Shown here: piece after piece, positions 11,031-24,097 of the stretch
How positions within the stretch are numbered: position 1 is the stretch's first letter
Layout of the letters: every line of letters begins with the position of its first letter
Assembly (NCBI RefSeq): GCF_009914755.1
Contig: NC_060931.1
Length of the DNA stretch: 64,000 bases
Reading direction: 5' to 3' (one strand)
From: the human T2T-CHM13v2.0 reference genome, Homo sapiens
The notes under the pieces: model-generated
What the model was told of the DNA's origin: nothing
Seen by the model: the letters and a program-made list of their open reading frames with translations, nothing else
Database searches by the model: none
Translations under genes and position numbers: made by a program

Positions 11031-13859
11031 ATACTTGTAAGGTCATGGTGTCTCGTTTTAGAACTAGGTGCCCCATGTTTTGGCTATTTACCTACCTGAA
11101 AATGAAGAGCTGAGCAGTATGATTTTTTTCTGTCTTTTTCAGTTATAATCCTATGAACCCCAGATTCCTAATCACATGCTTCTTCACCCCACCAGCCCCT
11201 TCCTCTAGTGTAGGTTGTACACCATGTACAAACCAAGCCAACTTTCTTATACACAGAGGTACATGTGTTCATACTCGCACTCCCTTATACCAAGTACAAA
11301 TTATTGTCTTTTACTTCTGATCATTCACACCTGACACATTCCCTGCCTCAGAAGCTTCCTACAGCTCCTGCCATCCCTGCCTCTTTCCCTTCCTCCTTCA
11401 GCTAGTCCAAGAAGCCTGTCCTAAGCAATGACAATCGTTCCACTCCCTCCCTCTATCTGCTATTAGCTCTGTACTATGTAGCTAGACTTGGCAAAGTACA
11501 GTTCCTATGTTTTCCCTTGCAGTTTTTTCCCATTGAATGTCTTTTATTTTTCACTCCATATGCTTGTTCTGTCTCTTCGGTTGTCTGTTCCTTGGCCAAG
11601 GGTTCTACATATTGTCTCCTCTAACTCTCCACTCAGTGCAAGCATAGCTGGCATCCTATTAATGCTTTTGACTGGTAATTAAACAGGGAGAAAGATGACT
11701 AAGTAGGCAGGTATCTGGGTTTACATTATGAATAGGTGCATTGACAATGTTATATTCCAGGAGATAACTTGGTCATCCCAATAGTAAATAAATATTTTGG
11801 CAGGAAATGTTTGGTATGGACGTTGGAGTAACAGTCCTTGAGTGCAGAATTGAGGATTGCTAAAGGGCCACAGACAAAATGAAAAATCTAATTGGTTTTA
11901 TTATCAAACATGACTCTTATGTGGACAAGGGTCAAATACATGTATTTCTTGTATCGGATTGTTTGTAGTAGGGAATTTTGTTACAAGAAATTGGCAAAAT
12001 GTAAATAGAGCTGATACAGGCTACTTTGGCAAGGTGCATCTTTTCTTGCAGTGGGATTTTAACTTATGCTGCATTATATGTCTCCTACCTCTTATCTTCC
12101 TTTGAATGAGTTCCACCCAACCATTCACTGTTAGTTTCCTTGGTTACCAATGACTTTCAGTTTTTAATTCGTGAGTTTCTGGTGTTAAACAAAATAACTC
12201 TGTTTTTGTGCTGCATTGACAAAGGTTAGAACTAGTTATTATGTTATTGTTGCCAGAAAAGCATTACATTTTGTTTTTTTCAATGAAAGAACTAGGTAAT
12301 ATAAGAATAGAAAATGACTCGTAGGGCTTTTCTTTACCAGGCAGGTTTCATTTCTCTCATCACAGAATTCAGAATTTTGACATTTGGTTTTACACCTTTT
12401 ATCATCAATCTGGTTGTACAAAAAATAATTGGAGCTTCTCCATCTAAATAAAATAAACAATATTACTGCTCCTAATTTTTTAAAAAATTTTTATTCACTC
12501 CAACATTCCTGAATGGGATAAATGTGCTTTATATGATTCCAGAGAAAGTAGATGAGATGGTAATTAGGGATTACAGATGAAAAGCCACAGAGGACTTTTT
12601 TTTTTTTCATGATTGCTAAGTACCATCCTATGCAAAAGTGAGTTTAAGTGAGTTTAACCCAAGTGATCCATTAGCCTAGTGAGGCCTGAGGAGGCCTGGT
12701 GTAGGCCAGAGAGGAGGGAAATACAAGCTAGAGTGGCTCTTTCAGGGGGAAAAAAATGTCTTTGGGGCTAGGGGCTGCTTTCCGGGGTGTGACACTGCTG
12801 ACTTCCTGCTCACAGCCCCTGCTTCCCAGTTTCCCATGATGCACCTGGAGCCAGCTGATCAGATCTCCCAGCAGAGGCTGATATATGACCCTGAGTAAGG
12901 GATAGATCGTGCATGGGCATCTTTCCCTTTCATGCTTCCTGAAGAGGATCTAAAAGGGTGGCCCTTTGAAAATTGCTCAACCTGAGGAGAGCTTGCCCAG
13001 AGGAAATCCACAGCTCATGACCACAAGATTACTCAGATCACTGTCTTCACAGCATTCCCCTTCCACCTCTCCAGAATTCTCCAGGACCTGAGGAGTCATG
13101 GACCTGTCTTGGCCAAATATCTCCTGATTATAAGACCATTTGCAAACATGTTTTATTTTCCTTTTAACACATTATGTGGACAGTCTAATTATCCATATGG
13201 GCATCTTCACATTCTACTGTCCTTTTAAAGAAAGATCGTGGTGTATAACACTTTCCTTTGGAATCCATGTTACATCTGTTTTCTGAACTTTTGGTTGTTC
13301 ACAAGCCCACACCTGAAGAAAAGCATGCCTAGCTGGAAAGAAGGTCATGGCCTCTCATTTACTTTCTTTTGAAAGGTATTTCTAAATGCCTGGCTGACTT
13401 TGATGGCTCAATTTCTCCACCTATCCCTTTTTACTTATTTTCAATCATGTATAACCTAACAGAAGATAATACATGCTAAGCGGTCTTATAAGCATACTAA
13501 TTGATATTACGAATTCCTCTCCAAGTGGTTCTTAAGCATCAAAATATTCAATCACCAATATGTTATCCAACTCTATATATTCTTAAACAAGTAGCAGTTT
13601 GTACAACCTGTCTTTGAAGCATTCAGACCAAATGAAATGCTGCTGAAAGGAAGCCTGCTTCCCAAGGCAGGTTAAGCCTGCTTATCAGTAGTATCAGCTA
13701 TTCTGAGCCATGTGTAGCTAATGGCATTGGAAAGGCCAAGTCCAAGTTTGATTCTTCAGGCAGAAGGTCACTGGTTGAAATTCATTCTGAAAATAAAAAG
13801 TCTAGATTTTTAAAGTTTCTGTTGGATATACCAATGTCTTGTTTTAATAGCTGCCATTT

Positions 13860-14030
13860 CTTTAATGCCTAATATGTGTAGAGATTGAATCCTCACAGCA
13901 GCCCTGCAAGGTAGACAATGTTACCACTTTATTAGAGAAATTGAGGATTGTGTAGCTAATTACTTTGCCAGATATGTGAAGGTGCCTGGATGTAAATACT
14001 GGTCTGGTTCCAAATCCCACACCCTTTGCA
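13860..14030 (-). mobile_element. MIR SINE fragment
   Basis: 'aatcctcacagcagccctgcaaggtag...cacttttattagagaaattgagg'. Confidence 0.55.
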
Positions 14031-14827
14031 GTCCAGTTGCTGCCCTCCCTCTGTGATGTTCATTCTCCCCATGCATCTATCCCTCCATCTTCCATCTCTG
14101 GAGCTTCCTTCAACAGACTTCCCCTTCCCAACTCAGAAGTCATAGCTTTAAACTCTCTTTCCCACTCTATTGAAAACTTCCACAATTGAATTTGACTTGA
14201 GCTGCTCTAACAATAGTAAATCCTCTGTTTTGACAACTGAATAATATCTCGTTTTATTTGGCTACTAACTTGCCAGTAGAGAGCAATTACAGTGATATGT
14301 GGGTCACCTTAATCAAGTATTTTTCCATAGATACCAGCACAATTATTTTCAAAGCTAAGCCTTTGACAGAAAAAAAGATAGGGCCATTACATTAAATCAT
14401 AAAGTGCTCATTAGAAAAAAATAATACATAATTTCAAGTAAAATTATGGAGAGCTTTCAAATTTTCTGCTGCCTTGCAGTTAGAATTGCTTGGTATTTAA
14501 TGCTGACTTGGTCAGATAAGATTCATATAGCACTTTATGCACCATTAAATATAAATGTATCTATATTCTTGCAAGTTCTCAGTTCTGATTTCTTTTAAAT
14601 ATCTAGGTGCATTTCTAGATAAATTAGAAAGAAGGACTCAGAAGAAATACCTGTTCCCAACATTGCACACATACCTCTTTCTGTATTTTTCTTTTCTTTC
14701 TTTCTCTCTCTTTTTTTTCTCCAGTCCAACTTTGAAAACATGCTGATTTACTCCTTTTGCTACACAGCAAATCTGTGAAATCAGTTTAGTCCACCTTGGA
14801 ATTGCTCAGAATTCCTATAGATTGCAT

Positions 14828-15291
14828 CAGTGTTCTCCATCTCTAGTACCTGGAGTACTCTCGTACCTCTAGTACCTGGCTGGCATGGTTGCTCAAGCCT
14901 ATAATCCAGCACTTTGGGAGGCCGAGGCAGGTGGATCACTTGAGGGCAGAAGTTTGAGACCAGCCTAGCCAACATGGTGAAACCCCGTCTCTACTAAAAA
15001 TACAACTAGCTGGGTGGGCGCCTATAATCCCAGTTACCCTGGAGGCTGAGGCAGGAGAATCGCTTGAACCCAGGAGGAGGAGGTTTCAGTGAGCTGAGAT
15101 CACGCCACTGCACTCTAGCCTGGCCGACAGAGCGAGACTTCATCTCAAAAAACAAACTAAAAAACAAGTCATCTCCTTGGGCTGCACCCTCCCAGATTCA
15201 AATGTGGGTATCCCAGGAATCTGAATTTTTGACGCATACCCCAGATAATTATGACACAGATGATTTCCAGACCCTACTTTGGGAAAAGCTG
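14828..15291. mobile_element. MER5-like element split by an Alu
   Basis: cagtgttctc start before the Alu; 'cccaggaatctgaatttttga...ccccagataattatga...ctttgggaaaagctg' after it. Confidence 0.5.
14878..15165 (+). mobile_element. AluS (Sx/Sz-like)
   Basis: Full dimer with 'ggatcacttgagg', decayed A-tail, many CpG losses. Confidence 0.92.
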
Positions 15292-16325
15292 GAAGAGATG
15301 AAGGAGTGAGCATAACTAACATTACTTTATTAGATCCTCAAGATTGGCATGTGAAGTAGAAATTTACCGAGGTTCAGTGAGGTCCCACTGCTTACACCAT
15401 CAGATTCCCTGAACGTGCCATGCACTTACACAGTTCTGTGCCTTTGCATGTGACCTTCCCACGGAACCCCCTTCTTCTCCTCCCTGCTAAATGAGACCCT
15501 GCCCAGGCTTCAGGGCCAGCCCCAGGTAAGCAGACTGCATCATGCTGTCCTTGCTCAAGTTGCCCTTGGCTTGCTGTGATGGTTTGGCATCTGCCATGTG
15601 GAAGATGGCTAGTTCTGCACCTGTCTGTGCCCCCACAGACTGTTGGCTCCTCCTTGGCAGAATTCATCTCATACCCAGCATCTCTGCCAGCACCTGGAAT
15701 TTAGGAGGTTCCTCCTAAGTATGGCACCCAGGTTGCAGAGCCAAGATGGGATCCAGACTTCCATTGTTGTTCGGTCATTCAGTGCTCTTTCACTCACACC
15801 AGAGAATCCAAGGCTGCCCCAGCAGGGCATGAACTTTTAGACACCTTTCAGGAGTACTCCATAATATATGGTATAGCCACATGCTTTTCCTGAATGCTTC
15901 TGGTGCCCTAAATACACAGTGATGGGGGAATTCTTAGCAGGATTAGGGGAATGATTTGAGTCCCTGACACAGACTGAAGAAACTACTTTTCAACACAAAA
16001 ATTAAAGCCATTCTAGTGCAGTGCTCTAAATAAGCAGCTGAACTGAATGATAGAAGGCCTTCACATTTGCAACTTCTCAAAATCAGGAAGGTATTTCACC
16101 TTCCTGATCAAACAGTGAAATCAGGAAGCAAGCTTAGCTGCTACTGTAGAAGGTTGTCTTGCTTTAGTCTGGCTTAACCACAAATCCTATTTCTGAGCCA
16201 ACTAGTCCTAATAGTCAAGGGATAGGGTTAGAAGTAGCCCCCTGGTGTGCCTGCTGGCCCAGTGGCCCCTGGAGAAAGGCCTCATGTCACTTTCCTCCTG
16301 ATCATTTTATGATCTTTCAAATTGA

Positions 16326-16656
<331 letters not shown>

Positions 16657-17970
16657 AACTCTTTTTGTTTAATTGAAACTGTGATCAGTTCACCATCTGG
16701 TTTGTCAGCACAACCATCCAGGTTTTGCCCATCTCCAATTCCAGGCTGATATCTCTTTCTGATCAATCTTGGCTTGGAAAAATAATGGATTTTTTCCTCA
16801 GTCTGCATGGGGGAAAGCATTAGTCATGCCATGCTGCCTGTTTGTACTATGTCACGTTGTCTATTTCTATCAAGTGGATGCAGGAGTTACCTTTAGCAGA
16901 AGGTACATGATTTGGGTGTCAGAGAGAGTTAGAAAGTTGCTATATAAACAGCTTGATGTGAGCTTTCTATTTACCTTCTACTGTATATAGAGGCATAAGG
17001 AAATAGGCCACTCTCTGGGCAATGTCATTTAGATTATCTTGACTTCTGTCTTTGCCTTGAAGGTTATATTAATAGCCACATCTGCATAGATTTTTTCTTC
17101 TTTTGTAAACTTCCACATTTGGCCTCACAACAGCCCTTTAGGCATCAATATTCATTTTGCATAATACACAGAAGTCAAGTGGTTTTCTCAAGGTCACATA
17201 CTCCATCATACACCATTGTCTCTGGTCCTCTTTTCAGGACACTAGACCACTTTCCCTAAAAGTAGATGCCATACATCCTCATAGTATACCTAAGATGGTA
17301 AACTCAGATGGGTTTAAATCTTAAAACTGGTGCTGCTGCTTGCTGGTGATGTGGTCATGGAGATGTCAAATTTCTATTATTAGTACAACTAACCTTCTTA
17401 ATGGGAGGGATGCCTCAGTATTGAGATCCTGTGAGCACTGATATCAGGAAGGCTTAGGGATGCAGTGCAGTGATGGTCCATGACATCTCTGGACCCAGAG
17501 CACAGCGAACATCAAGATGATGTCAAAGAAACTCAGGTTCTCAAGAGGTGGCAATGGCAGCTGAATATATGGATGTAAACTACACACAGGAACCTCGTTG
17601 ATCTTCAGAAGTGTCACTGCATTGGCTGAGGAGTGTGAAGGTGCTGCCCTGCCTATTCTACCCATGTGCCCTCTTTCTTGGAGTCATTCCCACAAATAGT
17701 TAAAACATCCAGGGCAGTATTACTAAATAGCTGAACTGACTCATTTTGGACCATCGTTTGAAAGAGGAGACCACCAAACTACCCTTACTCACATATGCTT
17801 GTTCTCCCAACTACAGGCAATTAAATCAGGAAGTGAATGAAGTCACCTCTGTCCTGACTTTTTTGTCCTAGTTTACTTGGTTGAAAGAAAAGAAAAAGAT
17901 ATTTTTATGTTATTTTGAGATGAGAACAAGGACAAGTAATTGGTAAATCTGATGTGTTTCCTTCATAATA

Positions 17971-18566
17971 CAGTAGTCCCTCCTTACCCCAGGGAAATAC
18001 TTTGCAAGACCCCCAAAGGTTGCCTGAAGCCATGGATAGTACCAAACTAGATAGACCATGCAGAAATTTCTTCTTCCTTCTTCGCAATTTCATGGATGGA
18101 AGATTCGTTCTCACTGTAGATTTTTGCAACATCAGCATGAAATATTTTTTTCCTTATTATGTCGAGAACTTTCACCTTTTCACTTAAAGGAAGCACTTTA
18201 TGGCTTTTTTGGCATATCCAAATTGTTAGCATGACTACTCTTACACTCTGGGTCCATTATTAAGTAAAATAAGGGTTCCTTGAACACAAGCACCGAGCTA
18301 TCATGACAGTCGATCTAATAACTGAGATACCTACAAAATGGCTTAGAGCAGGTAGCATCTACGGCATGGATCAGCTGGACAAAGGGATGATTCCCAATCC
18401 AGGTGGGATGGCCCAAAACATTATCATTCTACTCTGAATGACACACAATTTAAAACTTATTAATTGTTTATTTCTTGAATGTTTTATTTAATATTTTCAG
18501 ACTGTGGTTCACTGCAGGTAACTAAAACCATGGAAAGGGAAACCACAAATAAGGGGGAGACTACCG
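17971..18566. mobile_element. MER44/Tigger7-family TcMar-Tigger deletion derivative
   Basis: TIRs cagtagtccctcctta ... taagggggagactaccg, TA on both flanks; minus-strand frame 18047-18232 (KVLPLSEKVKVLDII...VAKIY..NESSIHEI.KKE.EI) resembles the N-terminal CENP-B/psq-type HTH of Tigger transposases. Confidence 0.85.
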
Positions 18567-18699
18567 TATAAGGACATTAATAACTCTGAGACAAAAACAG
18601 CTTGGGGTTGAATTTTATGGTTCAGTTCTGGTGGTATGGCTGAATTAAACCATCTTCAGATAATAATTCTGGCAGAAATATGCTAGTAGTCATAGTATG

Positions 18700-18915
18700 C
18701 TTTCACTCTTCCAGACATTTTTCATAGATTATCTCATTTAATCCCCCCAAGGACCCAAGTATGCAAGTGCTATTATTATTAATTTCCATTTTGCAGATGA
18801 AGACACTGAGAACAATGACCCTTAATAATTTACCCAAAGTTACACAGCTAAAAAATGAAGGTGCCTAGGGTCAAATTCAGGCAGCTTGGCTTCAGTCAAA
18901 TCTCTCTATAACTGT
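18700..18915 (-). mobile_element. MIR SINE
   Basis: 'attatctcatttaatcc...ccattttgcagatgaagacactgag...cccaaagttacacagcta'. Confidence 0.75.
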
Positions 18916-20453
18916 GTCTCATGAGGTATGGTAGGTACAACTTTCTAAGCACTTAATAGAATGTTTATTGGATGAATGACACAAACAAATGAGTGAACAA
19001 ACAAATAATGAATGAATATTCAACTGGCTTGCAAAGAGGGTAAATGCGGGTTTGGAGGTAGTTACTGTTGATGAAACTTATCTTGGCTCCTGGAGTTCTT
19101 TCAATTCACATCTTCTGAATTTGGAAACAGGATTTTCCCAAATGTTGACTCAAAATAATTTAATAAAAGCAAAAAACTTTGTAGGATTGCAATTAGTTCA
19201 CTGATTTTTAAAGTCTTAAGTCAAAATATATGATTTTCCAGAAACACTCTTTAGACATTTTAAACTGATACTCAGTTATTTCAAATGTCATGACCATCTG
19301 TGTTTAAAAATACTTTCCTCTTTACTGTGGTTTACTTCAGACCCAGTTCCTCATGTAGCCTCTCCTCTCAAGTTAAACTGTGCTGGGCATTTAAAAAAAT
19401 AGTGTTTATTTGTATGCCTATTCTGTCAGTGTTAATTTCACTATGTAAAATAAAACATTATAACCTTGACTACAAACTTAAGAACTTGAAAGTTTTCTAG
19501 TTCCTCCTTTTGAGTTTATAGTCAAGGTTGTCTAGGGCACATGTTGAATTGGAATCTCAAATGCTTTATGGGTTTTTAAAGTAATTATTTTAACCACATG
19601 CTATAAGACCAACTCATACCCTGAAAAAGAAAACACAACACACCAGAAGTAACAAACAGCCAACATATTAAAAAGAACCTTTGAGAATTTCTCCTTTTTC
19701 CTCAACATCTTTGTGCAGCCAGGGCATTCCAACCCAGGAAGAATTGAACTTTCATTGGGAGGGATTCAGCTAAAGATCATGCAGCGATTCTGGCTGGAAT
19801 TCCCCAGCTTCAGGAGGAGCCGTGGTTCACTCATCCTTCATTGAGCATTGATCCAGGTTACTGATTATAAAGGAAAATGGCTACACCATCTGGTTGGAGA
19901 ATTCATATACAACATGCAGAGTTGTAAAAAGACTCATATGCCCTGCTAGCAGCCTTATTGTCATGGGAAGCCAAAGACAGTTATGCCAAAGGTATATGCC
20001 AAAACTTTTCAGGTTACCATATAAGAGAGCAAGTTTGGGAAACTACATATCTTATGCAGAAAGAGACCAACCAGAAAACTCAGGGATCTGGGGCTTTGTC
20101 ATATGTTACAGAGACAAATTTATGTTGACTATCACAGAATCCTATGATTCTAGAATTGAATCCATGTAAATGAGAGGTCTTTGGAGTTGGGTGCTCAACT
20201 ATCACTCATTCATACCTTGTCACTTACACCATGTTTGTTTACCTTAACCATAAGACCATCAAAACTTTGAAATGGACAAAAGATATTGCTGTATGTGGTT
20301 TCAGTGTAAGGTGATGTACTAGCTAGCAGATCCACCTGGAAATTATCTGATTTTTTAGGGGTGTGTCCCTTTGTTTGACTTGCTATTTATTACAAAGCAG
20401 ATAGATGATGACTTTTAGAAAACTGATCATGATAGAAATGATTCTTGCCTGAT

Positions 20454-20547
20454 AATATTGCAATGAATTTTGTCCACTAGAGCTAGAAATAATTTCCATC
20501 AACATTACAATGAATTTTGTCCACTAGAGCTAGAAATAATTTCCATC
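20454..20547. repeat. 47-bp tandem duplication (2 copies)
   Basis: 40-bp block caatgaattttgtccactagagctagaaataatttccatc is identical at 20461-20500 and 20508-20547; 2 mismatches in the leading 7 bp. Confidence 0.95.
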
Positions 20548-20881
20548 CCACATTCTGCTCCATTAAAAAGATAACCCAAAGGTTAAATTTTTATTGCCAT
20601 GGTACTTATACATTAGGCAGTCTTGTACCAAATTAGCCATTTTACTCAAATATTCTTTCTTTCAGCTTCTATAAAAAAAAATGACCCTCCAATTCTTTTT
20701 GAATACATGCTAAAATAATACAAATTTTTTAATTAAAAACTTTAAGATGTCTCAAATACAGCAGAAGTTCCTTTCTTTCTCATTCTTTCAGGTTCAAAAT
20801 TAAAGTCCTAGTCAGGTACCTTTCCTCAGCATGATAACTCCAGGACACTGGCTCCTTTCCTGTCTCTACTATCCCCTATGG

Positions 20882-21080
20882 CAGGGGTCAGCAAACTTTT
20901 CCTTTAAAGGTCCAGATAGTAAATATTTTAGGCTTTGCATGTCCCTTGCAACTTCTCAGCTCTGTAGTTGTAGCACAGCATAGATAATGACTGAGCATAG
21001 TTGCATTCCAATAAAACTTTATTTACCAAATCAAGTGGCAAGCTAGATTTGACCCACAGTCTACAGTTTGCTGACCCCTG
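20882..21080. mobile_element. MER58A hAT element
   Basis: TIRs caggggtcagcaaact ... agtttgctgacccctg; 'ttccaataaaactttatttac'. Confidence 0.88.
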
Positions 21081-21114
21081 CCCTTGGATCTCAGAATCTT
21101 CTGTCTGACATGAG

Positions 21115-21320
21115 AAGAAAGGATAGAGAACACACATTCTTTACTGAACCACCTTGTCCTGAAAGTGCCATATATCACCTCCATTGGTGAGAATTAGTCC
21201 CATGGCTTAGATGGGACTAGATGCAGTGGTACCTGGGAAATGTAGTCCCTGGCTGGACACAACTCTACATCATGGAAAAGAAACATGTGTCCTTGAAACC
21301 TCTAGCCATCTCTGCTGTAG
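21115..21320 (-). mobile_element. Old MLT1-type LTR fragment
   Basis: 'ccattggtgagaattagtcccatggc...ctgggaaatgtagtcc' is the reverse-strand MLT1J-like 5' part. Confidence 0.55.
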
Positions 21321-22389
21321 GTATATTACACACGTAACAACTATCTTGCTGGCCATATAAAATGAATACACATTGAATTTCAGATTTCTTAAAGGCAATA
21401 CTGTGTTCATGGGAATAAATTTTAGCACTTAATCACTAATTTGATTATAGTTAAATATTTCTCACCCAGATACATAAGACTGCTAATGTAAAACTGGTTT
21501 TCAAAATAGGTCATTCACTCGGTGTTGGAAACAATAGGTCATGTTTTTATGGAAACATGTTTGTTATCTACAAATGTAGCATCTACTAGAAAGTGGTACT
21601 TTGTGTATCTATAATTACTTCTTGGCTTTCCTGTATAGTTTTCATCAGAACACTCAGCAACTGGGTCCATCCATGAAGACAGTATATTGAATTATTTCCA
21701 TGATTGAGGTACTTTCTTCAGAAGAGGAGGATAATATGGTTTAGAGATTTAAAAGCCAGGTTCTAATTGTAATAGTCCATTCCATTAAAAAAATGTAACC
21801 ATATTCAGGCTTTTTTAACTATTAAAAAATTCCAGATATGTCTAAGCTGTAGTTTCCACAGTAACTTTGACTCCTCTGTGTGCATAACGCCGGCTTTGTG
21901 TATGTACAAAGCAATTACATCAAGACCTGAGTTGTATCCAAGGCAGCAAGAGCTATGATTATAGATGTTATAGACACCCTAATTCACATGTATACCTTGT
22001 TCATAACTTGTCTGAAAGTGTGATTTTTCAGTGAAGCTTAAATGCGTTTTTTATCTCTGCTCAAAGGTGAGTTATTTCAGATGCATGAAGGATGACCTAT
22101 CTCTAATGGACTTGTAGATGAGGAGGAAATTGACCTGTTTTGTGTCTGACTTTTCCCAGTGCCTAGATTGACAGGTGTCTTTACAATCTCCTAACTAGCA
22201 AACAAGACTCTCTGACTTCGACAGTGTGAGCTGGTGATTTCTCCTGCTGCTCATCTCTTCTGTCTCTTACTACGCAGTGTTCTCCCCCTGGGCTTAAAAC
22301 CACAAACTCCAAACTCATTGCAGGTATACCCTGCTTTACCTTTACAAATCCTATTTACAATATTCCATTACAGCTTTTAAATGATTTTT

Positions 22390-23541
<1,152 letters not shown>

Positions 23542-24097
23542 CAGCTTTTAAATGATTTTTGATGAAACTTTTCTAAAGGTGCAAGTTCCCAATTATATAT
23601 CCCCTCCTACAATCATCTATTTTCTTGTGGGGGGGGGGGAATCTTTAATTGGCTTACATGCAACCTGTTAAATAAGAGCACATAAACGTGTTTTATGGTG
23701 GCTATGCCCACTCTTGCATTCACAAATCACTTTCACCCTCCCTGCCTGTATTAAGCATCACATGCCATGGGCCATTGCTGTTACTTCGTAGATTTGACTT
23801 TTCAAGGCTCACATCCCAGCGGCCGCTTCTACTCTCCTGGGTGCTTATGCCTATAATTTAGATTAGCTGCCCCAGCAGAATCAATGTTGTCTGGGTGATG
23901 AACTTGTGGTTGGATTAGCCAATCTTCCTATAAAGCCTCCATAGCTGGATCCACTATCAGCATAACTAATATTTGTTATCCATTTAGTGTACAACATTGA
24001 ACTTGAAACAGCCAAGGGTAAATAGTAACTAAAGTTAACATGCCATTATACATGCAATTTACAACTTAGAGGAGTACTTAAAGAAATACAAGGAAAA

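Noticed and set aside
14271-14285. Second CTCF-like word tgccagtagagagca
   Set aside because: Mismatch in the near-invariant GGC; expected by chance
20454-20547. Repeat-spacer-repeat pattern as CRISPR-like
   Set aside because: Only two units, the spacer is part of the duplicated unit, no cas genes, mammalian DNA
23629-23639. G11 run upstream of the retrocopy
   Set aside because: A lone homopolymer too short for a canonical intramolecular G-quadruplex, with no supporting context
23917-23934. Adjacent CCAAT and TATAAA about 170 bp upstream of the retrocopy as a promoter
   Set aside because: Spacing of a few bases is atypical, there is no CpG enrichment, and upstream ATGs intervene
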